64,000 bases of DNA from contig NC_135897.1 in assembly GCF_964194155.1 (NCBI RefSeq), positions 77,872,001 to 77,936,000 of the forward strand, read 5' to 3'. A program made the translations under genes and the position numbers. This document shows positions 35,201 through 46,559 of the stretch, in pieces. This DNA is from Cetorhinus maximus. Its lineage: Eukaryota. How positions within the stretch are numbered: the stretch's first letter is position 1; the number at the start of each line of letters is the position of its first letter. Below the pieces are notes generated by a model. The model ran no database searches, was not told the origin of the DNA, and saw only the letters and a list, made by a program, of their open reading frames with translations.

Positions 35201-37450
35201 AAGCACATAAGTGCAAGAAAAAAGAAACAGCAAGGCCCCCCACACCTGCATACTACCCCCCACCCCCACTCCCCCCCCCAACCAGGTATCATGGATTACC
35301 AGTTGAGTCCCATTCACAATACAGAAGTTCTTTTAGCACTGTTCCTGCAATTTTGCTGGTCAGGTTTCCTTCTTTGATTAAAGATAAACTATCAGAACAT
35401 TTCGATAGTGCTCATTTCTTGTTAAAAGCTGCTATCACCTCGAGCTGAGACAGTTTCTGGAAATGCCACAGCCTGCAGTGAAAATGGAGTGCAGTGCTTT
35501 TTACCTCTGGATGTCATGAAGTAGCAGATCACTATCTGCTGCAGACCAAATTACTTCAGTGCAAGATTTTTATTTTTCTGAAGATATTAAAAGATTTCAA
35601 AACTAAAGTAAGCACATTTGCAGTGCCAGATTAGCAGAAGCAGTGGTGTTATCATTTCACTAAACACGCAGTATGCTCTTCCGTTGAATATTCAGCATAC
35701 ATGCTAAAATAGAAAATAGCTTCAAATAAGCTTAATAAGCTCAAAAACAACTTAGAATATGAGCTTATAACAGGTTTGACATGAAAAGAGAGCCACTAGT
35801 TTTGGTTCAAAAATGCTAACCTATTTTTGAGTTTATCTCAATCCAAAAAAACTAAGATGAGCTCATGGTTAAAAAGTTTTCAATTTAAGTTATATCGCTT
35901 TGATCCTCATGCTACACACGCAGGTCCTCTCAATTTTAACCCTCTCCTTAATCACACCTTGGCCACCATTGTATCAGTTAAGAATCCAAGCTTCAATTCC
36001 AATGTCAACCTGCAGCAATTTCACCCTCGGCAGTTCACAAGGGGTAAGCACAAGATTTATTGCGGTGCTTTGCTGGGCCTACAGGAATGAGATATCACTT
36101 ACTGCCTGGGAGAGAGATCAACTTTATCTGCCGGAATCAAATCCCATGAGCACATGGTGGATAGTTGGACGGATGCAGGATTTTCAAAAAAAAAAAGTTC
36201 ATTTCATCATGAGTTTCAATTCCCTCACAAACGATAGTGGGACCTCTGCAGGATGAGGTTTCTCACGACAAAAGATTTGCAACAACAGACATTGTAATGA
36301 CAAGAGTCCATTGTATTTGGAATGGGCACATTCTGATCAGCAGAAGCTCCTTGGTCATTTTCACAAAGAATCAAATTAATTCCTAGCTATTCACTGGTGT
36401 AGCAAACACAGTTGACAGCTGGTAGTGCAGAGTATGCTCTTTGCATTCAAACCAGCATATCTGGGTACAGCGTGAAGGGAGAAAATAATAGAATTACTAA
36501 TGAGAAGCTGGTTACTAAATCTTCCAACACGAGGTTGTAACATTTGACTGAATATCCTTTGTCTCTCTATATATGTTTCCCTGTCATCTACCTGATAATT
36601 TTGATTGCAGAAACAAGCCATTGGCTGGATTTAAATTGATTAAATTGAGAGGCAGGTATTCGTTATTGTCTTTATGAAAAGACAATGTCAGCGAGTTTTC
36701 GGCTGGGAATACCAGTTCAGTACATGCAGCTTGTAATCTGAGCATAGTGATTGCATCAGAGCACACTGCATGGATCAGGGCAGGAACCTCCACCTCAAAG
36801 CAAGAGGGAGAGCTTCAGAATACATTGCCCTTTTAGCACAGGGTACCATCTCAGAACATAGTGCCAAGTTTGACAGCACAAAATATGTCCAAAGGTTCAG
36901 GGCATTGCTTCAGAATACAGAGGCGAGTTTCAGCAATTTTGGGGGAGCAGCACTGGGGCACACATAAGAACATAAGAAATAGGAACAACAATAGACCATA
37001 TTGCTCCTCGAGCCTGCTCCGCCATTCAGTACGATCAGGTCTGATCCTTGGTCTCAGCTCCACTTTCCTGCACACTCTCCCCATCGCTCGATTCCCTGGG
37101 AGACCAAAAATTGGTCTATCTGAGTTCTTGAATATATTCTAGAATGGAGCATCCACAACTCTGAGGTAGAGTACTCCAAAGATTCAGAACCCTTTTGAGT
37201 GATGAGTCCTAATTGAACAGCCTCTTAACCAGAGCACACTGCCTTAATGTTCTAGATTCCCTAGGCAGGGGAAATAACTTCTGAGTGACTATCCTGTGAA
37301 GCTCTTTCAGAATTGTGTATGCTTCAAAGAGATAACCTCTCATTCTTCAAAACTCCAGTAGGCTCAGTTTCTCATCATAGGGCAACCATCTCATTCCAGG
37401 GACCAATGTAGTGAATCATCACTGCACCGTCTCCAATTCCAGCATATCCC

Positions 37451-38600
37451 TCTTGGATATTTTTGCGAATATGGTGCTCTTCTGTAAAAAAAAAGGCTGT
37501 GTGTCTGTGTGTGTGTGTGTGTTCATGGGTAATTAAGCTGGGTGTGTTCATGGGTAATTAAGCTGGGGGAAGATTAGTAAAGACAGCTTGTCTGTGGGAA
37601 CTGAGAGATGAAAGGTAAAGGTGAACATGCATTTGTAATGAGAGGCTACGGTGAAGTTGAATGTATGAGTAAATAGGTTGGGTTTTAAAATTTGCATTAG
37701 GCGATAGCTGCAGTGGTTCAAGAAGGCAGCTCACCACCACCTTCTCAAGGGCAACTAGGCATAGGCAATAAATCCTGGCCCCACCAGCAAAGCCCACATC
37801 CCATGAATGAATAAAAATGAAAAGGTAGGGACTTGACTTTTCAGCTGCTAAATTTCAAAAAGAGTTTAAGGGACTTTGACAACTTACGAAGGTTTCATAA
37901 GTAAACAAGGGAAGGTTATTAAATTTTATTTGACCCGAAAGTGGAGGCAATAGAAATGAAAGATGAAAGATCTTTACATTTTGGAAAAGTTGAGTTCAAA
38001 GAGGTACTTAGGACAATGGAGTCTAGGATGAAAGAGAACAAAGATATTTAAGGGAGATATTTAGTTGAGTCCAGGTGGCCGTGTGGTGGTGATGTCAGGG
38101 ACCAGCTCTGTGCTGGGAAAAGTTGTGAATTTCAGTTTCATGCCAGAAAAGTCTTTGTTTTCAGAAAGCAGTCTGTTTCTGAACTTCCTTCAGATTTCCA
38201 CAGCAAAGTGGTAGAGAGTGAGAAGTCGTGTTGTATACTTTGTTGAAGTAGCAGCAGTTTTTGCCTTGGGTAATATTACTCGAGTTTTATGGATAAAAAT
38301 TTATAAGGGAGCTATTGCCAAATAGTTTACTTGTGTGTTCTGACCAAATGGGTTTTTTGGGGAATGTTTTGTAAGGCTGTTTTAACTGTGTAATTTCAAT
38401 CTTGTGTGTTTATTTTTTCTCTACTTGTTAATAAATCTTTTAATTTTAAAATCTTGGAAGTTTGACTTGGATTCTATGCTTCCGGCATCAGTAGTTTTCC
38501 CCTTATTTTCAAAATACAAAAAAAAAGTTACGATCAGTAAGATAAGTTTCCCTCTGGGACTTGACTTGCTCAGCAAATAACATCAGCTGTGGTCGTAAAA
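37451..38600 (+). mobile_element. LTR-like element, same family as 34516
   Basis: (TG)n near the 5' end, 25-bp tandem duplication gtgtgttcatgggtaattaagctgg, AATAAA at ~38430, end gctcagcaaataacatcagctgtggtcgtaa. Confidence 0.6.
37707..37818 (+). mobile_element. LINE-B 3' tail nested in the LTR-like element
   Basis: gctgcagtggttcaagaaggcagctcaccac...cccacatcccatgaatgaataaaaa. Confidence 0.85.
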
Positions 38601-39044
38601 CCTCCTTAAAAATGGGAGTCCAAAGCTACTTCAGGTGTGGTCACACCAAAGCCATGTGCAACTGTAGCAAAACATCTTTATTCTTGTAATCCATTCCCAT
38701 TGCAATAGAGGCCAACATGCCATCTGCCCTCCATTTGCTTGCTAACTTTGTGTTCTTTGTACCAGTATGTCTTCTGAATATGAACATTGACAAGTTTCAC
38801 ACCTATTGAAAAATATACTACTTTTCTATTCTTCCTACCAAAGTGAATAATCTCACACATTATTCTCCATCTGCCACCCTGTTGCCCACTCACTTAAGTT
38901 CTTTTTTGCTTCCTCACAGCTTACATTCCCTCACAATGTATGAACAGTGCACATTCAAATTTCCTGAATGCCCAGACTATTTTATCTTACTTTCCTGTGA
39001 AGAGCCTTGGGACATTTTACAATGCTAAAGACATTATATAAATG

Positions 39045-39150
39045 AAAGCAAGTAAAAACAAAAACTGCTGGAAAAGCTCAGCAGGTCTGGTAGCATCAGT
39101 GGAGAGAGAAACGGAGTTAATGTTTCCAGTCCATATGGCTCTTCTTCAGG
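39045..39150 (-). mobile_element. Short Penelope-derived element with hammerhead core and 13-bp TSD, inside an L2 tail (38992-39185)
   Basis: Flanked by cattatataaatg (39032-39044 and 39151-39163); minus strand CUGAAGA AGAGCC-AUAU-GGACUG GAAACAUUAACUC...cagacctgctgagc; same family as 34862. Confidence 0.8.
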
Positions 39151-39402
39151 CATTATATAAATGCAAATTGCTGTTGCCGCTGTTGATGTGATTCCCTACT
39201 TAAAGGATTTGAGCCAATTCCAGAAATGGTGACAGTACTGGATATTATCTATATCCTTGACATGGACTACCTCCTGTTCAGATAATCTGAGTTTCCTGCA
39301 ATTGGCATAGTTAGATAAGTGGCAGCACTGCTACTATCCTGAATTTAGCTGCAATGGTCAAATGCTTTGTTTATGGCTCAATTAGGAATAGTCTTGTTTC
39401 TA

Positions 39403-39697
39403 TCCCTATTCCTGTAATCACCTCCAGTCCCACAACCCTCTCAGAAATCTGCGCTCCTCTAATTCTGGCCCCTTGAGCATCACCGATTTTAATTGCTCCA
39501 CCATTGGTGGCCGTGCCTTCAGCTGCAAAGACCCCAAGCTCTAGAATTCCCTATCTTGATAGATATTTGTTTGGCAAGTACTTAAGGGTTACACAAAGTG
39601 GGTAAGATGCAATTAAGATACAGATCAGCCATGATATAACTGAATGGTGAAACAGGCTCAAGGGGCTGAGTAGCCCACTCCTGTTCCCACATTCCTC
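39403..39697 (+). mobile_element. L2 3' fragment (39403-39553) followed by a CR1 3' tail (39558-39697)
   Basis: ccaccattggtggccgtgccttcagctgc; gatcagccatgat...gaatggtgaaacaggctcaaggggctga. Confidence 0.75.
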
Positions 39698-42084
39698 TGT
39701 CCAAACATAGGGTCCTGAATTCTCTCTAAGAATGAAAATGCGAACAAACTAAATTAAATTACACGAGGAACTTATTGAAAGATTTGGATTTAGTCATAAT
39801 CAAAAAGATATTTATCTGTTTAACTGTTAGTAAACGGGTGATGGATACTCTGTGTTCATTGGCAGGCTGAAGATTGTAAGTGTTTAAAAGGCTGCACCAT
39901 GACGCCACATATTTTTTCAGATATGTATTAGGCTGCAAATATGGAAGAGGCACAAGAGCATCCGTCTTGCAACACAGAATTTGCATGTCAATGATAGTTC
40001 CCAGTGTAGACTGAGTGCATTTGAAAGATAAGAGATGGTTAATTTTCCAAGTCTGTGCAGCTGATGGGGAGCCACACCCACTGACAGCACAGATCTCAAA
40101 AAATTACCCCTTCAACTCAACCCCAAAAACCATCACGGCTGGACATTCACCTTGTTGGGCAGCGCAAACAGGGCATAGCTTTGGCTGTCTATTTTATTTC
40201 CTGGTAAGGAATTGAATATCGTGAGGGGCTTGTAATGGGGGCACGATTCAATAATGCCCGTTTTTGGGGTACTGACTAAGGCCCGTTTCAACCCCTATTT
40301 GCTTTAACATGTTTAGCAACTATCTGAGAGAAACAAAGGGTTGTCACAATTATGGCTGCAAAGGGAAGTGAGATCTACGCTTTTGTGTTTCGGGCATATT
40401 GTTGTGAGACTAAGTTTTAATTGAATTTGTGTTGAAGCTTGGCCATGATAACCAACAGCTGCATAGTTAATGAATTATGGTCTTGAACCCTTTTGTTTTC
40501 AGCCTGCTGCAAGGCATATGCTGGCACATATATCTTGAAAACTGTGAACATGGAGCCCAGCCAAATTTATAAATGAAGTTTAGTGGTGATTAGAGCTCTA
40601 CTGCCTGCATGATTCACTCCATAGAACATTCCTTGAAGGACACTCGTCACCTAACTGCAAAGTAGGAATACAATTAACATAAATTATTAGGCCAAATTAA
40701 ATTAATTCAGTAATTCATTTTTTATGGCCGTTTGTTGCTCTCCCATGAAGGAGAACTTTACTCTTTAAACCTGACTTCTTACCATTTATTGACTCCATTG
40801 CATTTCATTTGAAAGAGTTCTTTGGGCTCATGAAAAATAGTGGTGCATCATGCAGGGTCAAGGTGCAAGACTGAGACAGAGGGAGAACATGGGAAGAGAG
40901 TAATTACAACAGCACAGAATGAGAGAAAGAGAAAATACATGATTGAGCCGAGGGAGACAGTGATGAAATCCAGAGAGAGAAGCCTCATGTAACCAAACAA
41001 GGCTGGTGCACTCTACATACGAGATATAAAGAACTTGCAAATACAGAGAACATACACTGTAAATGATATGTAGAAAGTGGCATACACTATGCAAATGCTA
41101 AAACCATTTCATATGAAAGATTAAGATTACATCATAAAACACAAAAGGGGAATTTTTCTGGTCAAAGAATGCCAAGCATAGAACAAGCATAGAAAGCCCA
41201 TTTGAAACAGATGTTTGCCATTGAATATACTCTAATCAAGTGGCCAGTTACATGTTTTGGTCACCAGTTTACTGCAGGTAATTTTTTGTGAATCTGATTT
41301 ACCTTACCAAAATACACAATTTTTAATGCACCCAAAGCACCCTCTTAATTAAATGTAAAGGATTCTAGAAATTGCAAGAAACCAAAACTCTTTTTCCCAG
41401 TGAACAGATTTTGCCCTTACCCTTTTAATTTCCACGAACATGAAAGTTGCTCTTAAAGTGGAGAGCATGGCACTCTGTACAAGGCATTTGTCATACTGCA
41501 TGGTACATAATATGTCAACACCTGGCATACTCTAGCCTTTAATAAAGGTAGTCCATTAAAATTTTCTAGTTAATAAAAGAATATGTATAATGTCATACTG
41601 AGAAATCAAGAGGTGTACAGAAAATAGATGAGATGGAATGTCAAGAGAGTTCTATGGAACAAGTGAGAAAATACATTGTCATGTCTATCTATCAGCAGTT
41701 TGTTCATTGCACAAACAGAAAGAATAAATGACAATCAGGAAGAAATAATGAAAAAAAACCTGAAAGAGCTGCCGGTAGAAAAGTACGTTTCTTCAAAAGC
41801 AACATCTCAACACCTCACCTTGTTATAACATACTTTGCAATGTTATGTAGAACATTGCTATACAAGATATATGGTCCTCCTATGCTAGTGCTTTCCCAGT
41901 GATTTCCCATGGTACAGCATGCAATGAATAAGATGGTGGGTAACTTTATGATGATAGAAATGTTCTACCGTGTATCTATCATTACAAAACAATGTATCCA
42001 CTAACTCACCATGAAGAATGCCATAGGAGAACCTTTAGCATAGGGTTAGCAAAGCTCAAGAGTCAGAAAACATAATCGATTGGC

Positions 42085-42405
42085 TATGCTTGTCTAGCAG
42101 TTATGATACTGCATTATGAAGCCAGAGGTAATGAGTTCATTTTCCCACTGTGGCAAGCTGTGAAACTGAAATCAAAAGATCTGGTAATTTGTGGGTAAGC
42201 TCCAGAAAATGACTGTGTAAACTGCCATTTTGATGTAAAACATTACTGGTTTGCGAATATCCTTCAGGAAAGGGATGCTGAGACACCTCTCTGGGCTGGT
42301 CCATGTATGGCTCCAGTCTCACATTATCAGGTTGACTCTTATTGCCCTCAGCTTGGAAAATCAATACTGGCTTGCTGATGCTAGCTACATTTAAGAATAA
42401 AAAAC
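42085..42405 (+). mobile_element. tRNA-headed SINE sharing head and tail with LINE-B
   Basis: ccagaggtaatgagttcattttcccactgtggcaagctg...ccttcaggaaaggga...ggttgactcttattgccctc...caatactggcttgctgatg..aagaataaaaaa; the head aligns to 48642-48505 and 47119-47010. Confidence 0.55.
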
Positions 42406-42775
42406 ATGATGAATCCACAAGATTTAAACACAATATACACTTGTATTTTCCATGATACTCAGGCAAAAACTAGTATGTTGTGCACGAAATTTTGAAACCT
42501 AGCTTGTGAATATGACTTTTGATGTACTTTGTTTAGAGAAATTTATTAGAAGTCTGAATTATACTCCCTTTTACTTCTCTTATTCACTTTCTCTCATATC
42601 TCACATCGCTTTCTTTCTGTCATTTTGTCTTAACTTCTCCTTCTTTTATCCGTCCACTTTCTTTCCCTCTCATCTTCTATTCTTGTCCATCTCATCCACT
42701 CTTTATCCACGCTTGCTCTCTCTCCGTCTTTCAAGGCAACCCTTTGCCTGCTTTCATTTTCTCTCTACTAATAAT

Positions 42776-43513
42776 AGGTTGAATTTTACGTTGAGGGTGG
42801 GTGGGTGGGTGTGTGGTCCCCACGCCCACCCACCCCGCCCTTTGTGTAAAGGTCAGTGGCAAGTCCACTTGGACTTGGCCAGCTTGCCCTGCAGCCACTT
42901 AATAGCCATTATGCCTTTAATTGGCTCGAATGGGCCTTCTGCCCTGACCAGAGAGGAAATCCCGCCCCCAAAGACTACCAGCCAACCAAATGGCTGGATG
43001 CTTACTTGTCCCAGCAGTGCTACTGAAAGCGGTGGCCATTGTTGGGATAGCAGGCGGCCCCGATGAGGAGGTGCCAATGGAGCTTGGACTTGCAGGTTAA
43101 GTTTGAGATCGCACCGTGGCCAGACTTGGCAGGCCCCAGCAAGGGGGATGGGATCATTAGGGAGGATGAGGGAGCGGCGGGGTTGTTTGTGTGCAGAGGA
43201 ACATTTTGGGAGTTCCTCTCGAAGGACAGAAGGCCATCCCCCACCCCTGCACCTTTCAGCTGAGCCATTAATGTGGGCCTCCTCCATCAGGGGAAAAGTC
43301 CCAGCAGCAGCAAGAGGCCTTTAAGTGGTCATTAATGGACCACTCCAAGGTCTCAATTGGCCCATGCGTAAGCAGGCCACCTGATGCCTCCTCAGCCATG
43401 GATAAACTACCCACAGGGGCGAGCAGCAACAGGCATGGTGCCCAATTTTATGTCCCCCCCCGCCCCACCAATGGCTTACCATTCCACCCCTGGGTGGGGC
43501 ATGAAATTAGCTC
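42776..43513. mobile_element. Harbinger-type MITE
   Basis: TIR-like aggttgaattttac / atgaaattagctc; GC-rich interior with ccacttaa/ttaattggc motifs, as in 7524 and 27308. Confidence 0.65.
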
Positions 43514-43980
43514 AATGGTTCTTGAATTCATGAACCGAGGCAACGTCTCCATTCTAAATAAGACTTATTTTGTGCTCTAGCAACCAAGACCATTATAGGT
43601 TTGTGTTTGTGACAGTAATAATATGGTTATACGCCATTTGTTACCTATGCAACTGGAGCAAATGATATTTGTTTAGGTGTTCAGTGGGAATAGCAATCTC
43701 CTTCATTACAATTCCACTATTAGAAGTGAGACCACATTCTGTGGGTGCTTGTTTCCAAATTATACCTGATTCTGGTAAACAAGTCTTTCACTTATCAAAA
43801 TTATTTAAAATGTTATCTCTAGATGACGCTGAGGAAAATTAAATATTTTTTGCTATCAGCTGCCATTGAAACATGAGGAATAGAACATACTATAATGAAC
43901 CTTGATAAACCAAAAATGTGACCAGTTACCTGACCTCCTCCAGGCTTGTTACAAACGGCCATGTTTTTAAAAAAGTTTTT

Positions 43981-45750
43981 AGCCTGGATTTTCGCTCCCA
44001 AGTTGGTTAGCTTAAGCCGGGAAATCTCCCAGCTCACCACACCAGCCTCGGGAGAAACTCCCCCAAATGGCAAGATCTTGGTTCCGGAAGAGGCTAAGTG
44101 TGAAATAGAGTTGGGCCTGCCAACCTCAGATGCAGATCAGAGGTGGCCACAGAGGCTGCTGAGTGCTGAAGTAAGCTGTTTAAAAGGCCCGCCTTGGTTC
44201 TCTATGACTTTGTCCCACTTGTTTAGCTAAATTTTAGGTTCTCTAGCCTTCAACCCTTACACCCCATCACACTCCCGTGCCACCTCCTTGCCCCCATGTC
44301 AACTTAATGTCAACTCATGCCCCCACCCACCACCCTTTGCCCTTAAACTCTCCATGCCAATTCACCCAGTATCTACCATAGACAGACCTCAGGAGCCATG
44401 ATAAGATGAAATAAAGGTCTAAATATCTATTACAGCCTCTACTATAGTAAAAAAACATAAACCCCCACTCATGAAAGCCCATTCAAAACATTGAAATTTC
44501 CTCAAGTGCTTAATCCCTCAAAAACAAACAGACCTTTAATCATAACTCCACATCAAAGACAGCTAATCCTTTAATAACCTCTTTGAGCTGCCAATTAAAC
44601 AGTGAACTTAGGATCTCCCACTGAGATAATGATATAGAACCATAGAACACTACAGCACAGAAAACAGGCCATTCGGCCCTTCTAGCCCTCTAGAAATATT
44701 ATTCCACTAGTCCCATTGACCTGCACCTAGTCCATAACCCTCCAGACCTCTCCCATCCATGTATCTATCTAATTTATTCTTAAAACTTAAGAGTGAGCCT
44801 GCATTTACCACGTCAGATGGTAGCTCATTCCACACTCTCACCACTCTCTGAGTGAAGAAGTTCCCCCTGATGTTCCCCCTAAACCTTTCCCCTTTCACCC
44901 TAAAGCCATGTCCTCTCGTGTTTATTTCTCCTAATCTAAGTGGAAAGAGCCTACTCGCATTTACTCTGTCTATACCCCTCACAATTTTGTAAACTTCTAT
45001 CAAATCTCCCCTCATTCTTCTACGCTCCAAGGAATAAAGTCCTAACCTGTTTAATCTTTCCCTGTAACTCAACTCCTTAAGACCCGGCAACATCCTAGTA
45101 AATCTTCTCTGCACTCTCTCAATCTTACTGATATCCTTCCTGTAGTTAGGCGACCAGAACTGCACACAATACTCCAAAGTTGGCCTCACCAATGTCTTAT
45201 ACAACCTCACCATAACATCCCAACTCCTATACTCAATACTTTGATTTATGAAGGCCAGTATGCCAAAAGCTTTCTTTACAACCATGTCTACCTGTGATGC
45301 CACTTTCAGGGAATTATGTATCTGAACTCCCAGATCCCTTTGTTCCTCCGCACTCCTCAGTGCCCTACCATATGTTACGGAAAGCAGCCAAACATTAATA
45401 ATGACAATGATAACTCTTGGGGTATTGTCAACAAACAGCTATTGTAACTGCTGGAACAGATTTTTTCAACTCTCACTGACACAGGGAGCTTATTTTTAAA
45501 AATGTTTTAAAGGGATCAAAATAACGTCACGGTTCTACAGATCTTATCTGCCCTTCAAGAACTATAGATTTTTAACTCCCACACTGCAGGTTAAGGCACT
45601 CGCTACAGCAAAAATGGGGTCTGTCTGAACTCAACACTGAGCCCTGCCTCCTTTCCCCGACTGGCAAAAATCAAAAATTGGGGTGGGACTTCCAAATCCA
45701 CAACCCTTCCACCATTTTTACAGGTCCATGGAGTCTCCACGGCTTTGTCT
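43981..45750. mobile_element. Non-autonomous Harbinger-like element interrupted by HER1; right end uncertain
   Basis: Starts agcctggattttc; C-rich interior resembling 47123-48501. Confidence 0.5.
44633..45370 (-). mobile_element. Young CR1/HER1-type LINE 3' fragment
   Basis: Open 198-aa ORF 44707..45303 (LYKTLVRPTLEYCVQFWSP...GNFFTQRVVRVWNELP); tail atagaaccatagaac. Confidence 0.95.
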
Positions 45751-46559
45751 CCAAATGCATTGTTGGAAGAAAAAGTCAATGGTAATTTTTGCTACACAGA
45801 CTGCATTTTGGATCTGAGTTCTGTTTCTTCCCTGCAAAAAAAATTGAAGTTTTATCAGGGGTTAATTTTCATCCATCTGGTGTAACCATGAAGTTTCGCA
45901 AATTGGAGTGCCCATGATTTCCACCACAAGAACTTCCTGGCTACATCATTTTTCCATAGGCAGTCTTTTCTGATTTAAGATCGGGTTGATATAGACTATG
46001 TTCCTGTTTTATATAAAATGGAGAATTTTTACAAATGAAAAAGATTGAAAAACAGACTAGCTCAGAAAGGCAGTCAAAATCTTTGAGAAAATCAGAATTG
46101 CATCAGTAGATTGCAGAATCTTGGGTTTTCTGGGTCACATCACTGAAAGCAGAATTTAATGCCAAGTTCAATTAATCAACATTAAAATTCAACTGCAGTA
46201 CATTAATTATCATTAAAAATGTCGTTATTAACTCCTCGAGAAAAGTCAACTTAAAACAGCCATTTAGCAGAGTTTACCTAGCTATAACCAACCTTGCATG
46301 CTCTATGCATGTTAAAATGTTAAATTAAAAGCCATCATATTATATTTCTACAAGAGAACTGCTGAATCCAACATGAACAAACTGGACTGAGCCAGCAGGC
46401 ATAGAAAATTAATTTTCTAAAAACAGATTCATCATTAAAAGAAATAAGGCTTTTTTTTAAAAAAAAGGTGACACTAAAGAAGGTGACATTGAAGTTGCTA
46501 TCTTCATTGTCAGCACGCAGATTTTCTTTTTCTTTGTTTGCGGGTTATGGGTGTCGCTG

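Larger units (their letters stand above)
36962..38900 (-). mobile_element. Old CR1/HER1 LINE split by an LTR-like insertion (pieces 36962-37450 and 38601-38900)
   Basis: Tail cataagaacataagaaatagg; sequence rejoins catatcc | ctccttaaaaatggg...caggtgtggtcacaccaaagcc. Confidence 0.75.

Noticed and set aside
41560-41790. Protein-looking plus-strand pieces (RINDNQEEIMKKNLKELPVE)
   Set aside because: Weak splice sites, in-frame stops nearby, and A-rich composition explains the appearance.
42506-43066. 186-aa ORF
   Set aside because: Made of a pyrimidine-rich low-complexity tract running into a MITE.
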